The notes under the pieces were generated by a model. That model was not told where the DNA came from, ran no database searches, and was given only the letters and a program-made list of their open reading frames with translations. A stretch of DNA of 64,000 nt. Source: an uncultured virus (IMG/VR IMGVR_UViG_2061766007_000136). Taxonomy: Duplodnaviria; Heunggongvirae; Uroviricota; Caudoviricetes. The DNA lies in IMG/VR virus record IMGVR_UViG_2061766007_000136; one strand, 5' to 3'. Shown here in pieces: positions 62,669-64,000 of the stretch (position 1 is its first letter; each line of letters begins with the position of its first letter). The translations under genes and the position numbers were made by a program.

Positions 62669-62754
62669 TGGTATCTGGGGAGGGACTCGAACCCTCAAGG
62701 ATTGCTCCACATGGACCTCAACCATGCGCGTCTGCCAAATTGCGCCACCCAGAC
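62669..62754 (-). tRNA. tRNA-Leu(GAG)
   Basis: CATGG-TT GAG GT-CCATG; long variable arm; A-CCA end. Confidence 0.93.
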
Positions 62755-62771
62755 ATGATGTGAAAACCTGA

Positions 62772-62845
62772 TACCCACGGTGGGACTCGAACCCACAATC
62801 ACCGCGTCCTGAACACGGCGCGTCTGCCGATTGCGCCACATGGGT
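62772..62845 (-). tRNA. tRNA-Leu(CAG), short variable loop, CCA not encoded
   Basis: CCGTG-TT CAG GA-CGCGG; 5-nt variable loop; A73 followed by TCA. Confidence 0.88.
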
Positions 62846-62858
62846 ATCGCAAAAGAAA

Positions 62859-62962
62859 AAAGGGCTGGAGGTCTCGAACCTCCGATTCCTATCCACCACA
62901 AGCGTTTTTCCAATGCGGGGAAGCCTAGGCTTCCAAACTTCCCTGTCCGAACTACGCCCTTT
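62859..62962 (-). ncRNA. tRNA-like element (acceptor stem + T arm, non-canonical interior)
   Basis: AAGGGC/GCCCUU ends, UAGUUC after the 5' strand, GGAGG-UUCGAGA-CCUCC T arm; no canonical anticodon arm or CCA. Confidence 0.45.
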
Positions 62963-62973
62963 TCTCAAAGGAT

Positions 62974-63237
62974 AAAGACGGCTACCGTGATTTCGACTGG
63001 ATTTCGTGTCCGATACGCAATCGGGATGTGCCCAGTAATCAGACGACTCCTCACCAAGGTTACTTGTTTGCAAGATTCTGTCCCGCCACAGGGTGAGTAT
63101 CACTCATACGCAGTACACGGCAGTAAAGGGATAATCCATAATTCATGAGAATTAATGCATCGCGAAGACACTGCTTGTCAGGGGGATGGGATTTAAAGCC
63201 TTGCAAGTCTTTTTCCCAATCTCTTTTTACCGTCTTT
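62974..63237 (-). ncRNA. Structured ncRNA, family B copy 2 (unknown class)
   Basis: Closed by AAAGACGGU/GCCGUCUUU; paralogous to 60591..60820. Confidence 0.7.
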
Positions 63238-63254
63238 GTGAAAACTTATGTTAT

Positions 63255-63328
63255 TGGTACCACGAGAGGGACTCGAACCCTCGACCCCTGAATGGGAATC
63301 AGGAATTTTACCCCTAAACTATCATGGC
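63255..63328 (-). tRNA. tRNA with CCC anticodon (Gly), A73 discriminator
   Basis: GCCATGA/TCGTGGT acceptor, CCTGA-TT CCC AT-TCAGG, A-CCA end. Confidence 0.88.
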
Positions 63329-63356
63329 ACTTTAAAAATTGTATCTGTAAAAACCT

Positions 63357-63399
63357 TGGAGCCAGCGGTCAGGCTCGAACTGACGACCTACGCATTACC
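63357..63399 (-). tRNA. 3' half of a tRNA-Thr (NGT), starting at the anticodon
   Basis: GGT AA TGCGT AGGTC GTCAG-TTCGAGC-CTGAC CGCTGGC T CCA, directly after the HNH stop codon. Confidence 0.75.
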
Positions 63400-63400
63400 T

Positions 63401-64000
63401 TTAATAAGATTTTCCTTCTTTGTATCTTTGCATTCTCCAAAACCTTCCACTATGACGATTCTTTCCAGTAAAGGTATCAGTTTGCATATTACAATTTCCA
63501 CATATCAAACGGAAATTATCAATAGAACTATTTTCACTATTTCCATCTATATGGTCAACAACCAAAGGAATTGGTTGACCCATCCATTCTGTATTTCCGC
63601 ATATTTGGCATTTATGTCCATCTCGTTCAAGAAGAAATCGTCTAACTATCTTTCTGCTTGCTTCTCCATTTTTTCCATTTTTAAAAGAACCTGTTTCAAG
63701 AATCTCTTTCTTTATTTCATTCCATTGAAAATCATTTTGACATTGATTATTACAATATATTTTTTTCTTACTTATTGGCTTTCCGCAATACAAACAATGA
63801 TTTTCTTGTTTTCTTAAATGATTGTTATGCTTTGCTGAACAAGATTGAGAACAAAATTTGTTATAACGATGTTCATAATCTAATTCTTTTCCACATTCTT
63901 GACAAACTCTTGGAGAATCTTGATAATCTTGACGACGCTTTTCATTCGCCTGTTCTCTTTTTTCCTTTGATTTCTCCCAACCAAGCTTGCCGCATTCAGA
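63401..64000 (-). CDS. HNH homing endonuclease with CxxCGK...CS..C zinc-finger repeats (5' end outside window)
   Basis: Frame is open to the window edge; CQECGK...FCSQSC, CLYCGK...YCNNQC, CQICG, VDHIDGN, N..LICGNCN. Confidence 0.88.
   Translation of the reverse strand, partial: SECGKLGWEKSKEKREQANEKRRQDYQDSPRVCQECGKELDYEHRYNKFCSQSCSAKHNNHLRKQENHCLYCGKPISKKKIYCNNQCQNDFQWNEIKKEILETGSFKNGKNGEASRKIVRRFLLERDGHKCQICGNTEWMGQPIPLVVDHIDGNSENSSIDNFRLICGNCNMQTDTFTGKNRHSGRFWRMQRYKEGKSY

Noticed and set aside
60326..63148. Short ORFs called across the tRNA island
   Set aside because: They overlap tRNAs and structured RNAs and show no protein features
1..64000. Stop-codon reassignment as seen in some huge phages
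   Set aside because: Recognisable genes are full-length in the standard code, TAG and TGA both end genes, and no suppressor anticodon was found

Overview
A 64-kb piece of a large (jumbo-type) bacteriophage genome, most likely from a metagenomic scaffold. It has several N gaps, and some short gaps are flanked by duplicated variant sequence. Genes are dense and read in the standard code, mostly on + from 1-21 kb and on - from 26-64 kb. The left arm is an RNA/tRNA-repair-like cluster: CCA-adding enzyme, polynucleotide kinase-phosphatase, vWA protein, DUF2828-type (TROVE/Ro60-like) vWA protein, HD-kinase, RNA ligase and a HAD phosphatase. The middle holds replication and modification genes (Mom-like acetyltransferase, SmpB, NAD-dependent ligase, DnaX-like clamp loader, intein-containing C-terminal DnaE fragment, glycosyltransferases, Hsp20), a solo TnpB-like gene and an IS607 element. 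The right end is a tRNA/ncRNA island. Main discovery: five circularly permuted tRNA-mimic RNAs (T arm before D arm, looped acceptor stem, YrlA-like topology) in the island. Four share a covarying terminal stem plus an RCAGC(A/G)A motif, the fifth has a variant, and the same stem and motif recur in the 5' leader of the DUF2828 gene. This suggests an undescribed Ro60/Y-RNA-like RNP with autoregulation. The island also has a second two-copy covarying ncRNA family, Leu tRNAs without a long variable arm, and a tRNA-Thr 3' half with an HNH gene at its anticodon loop. All protein family calls are by motif recognition only; no searches were run.
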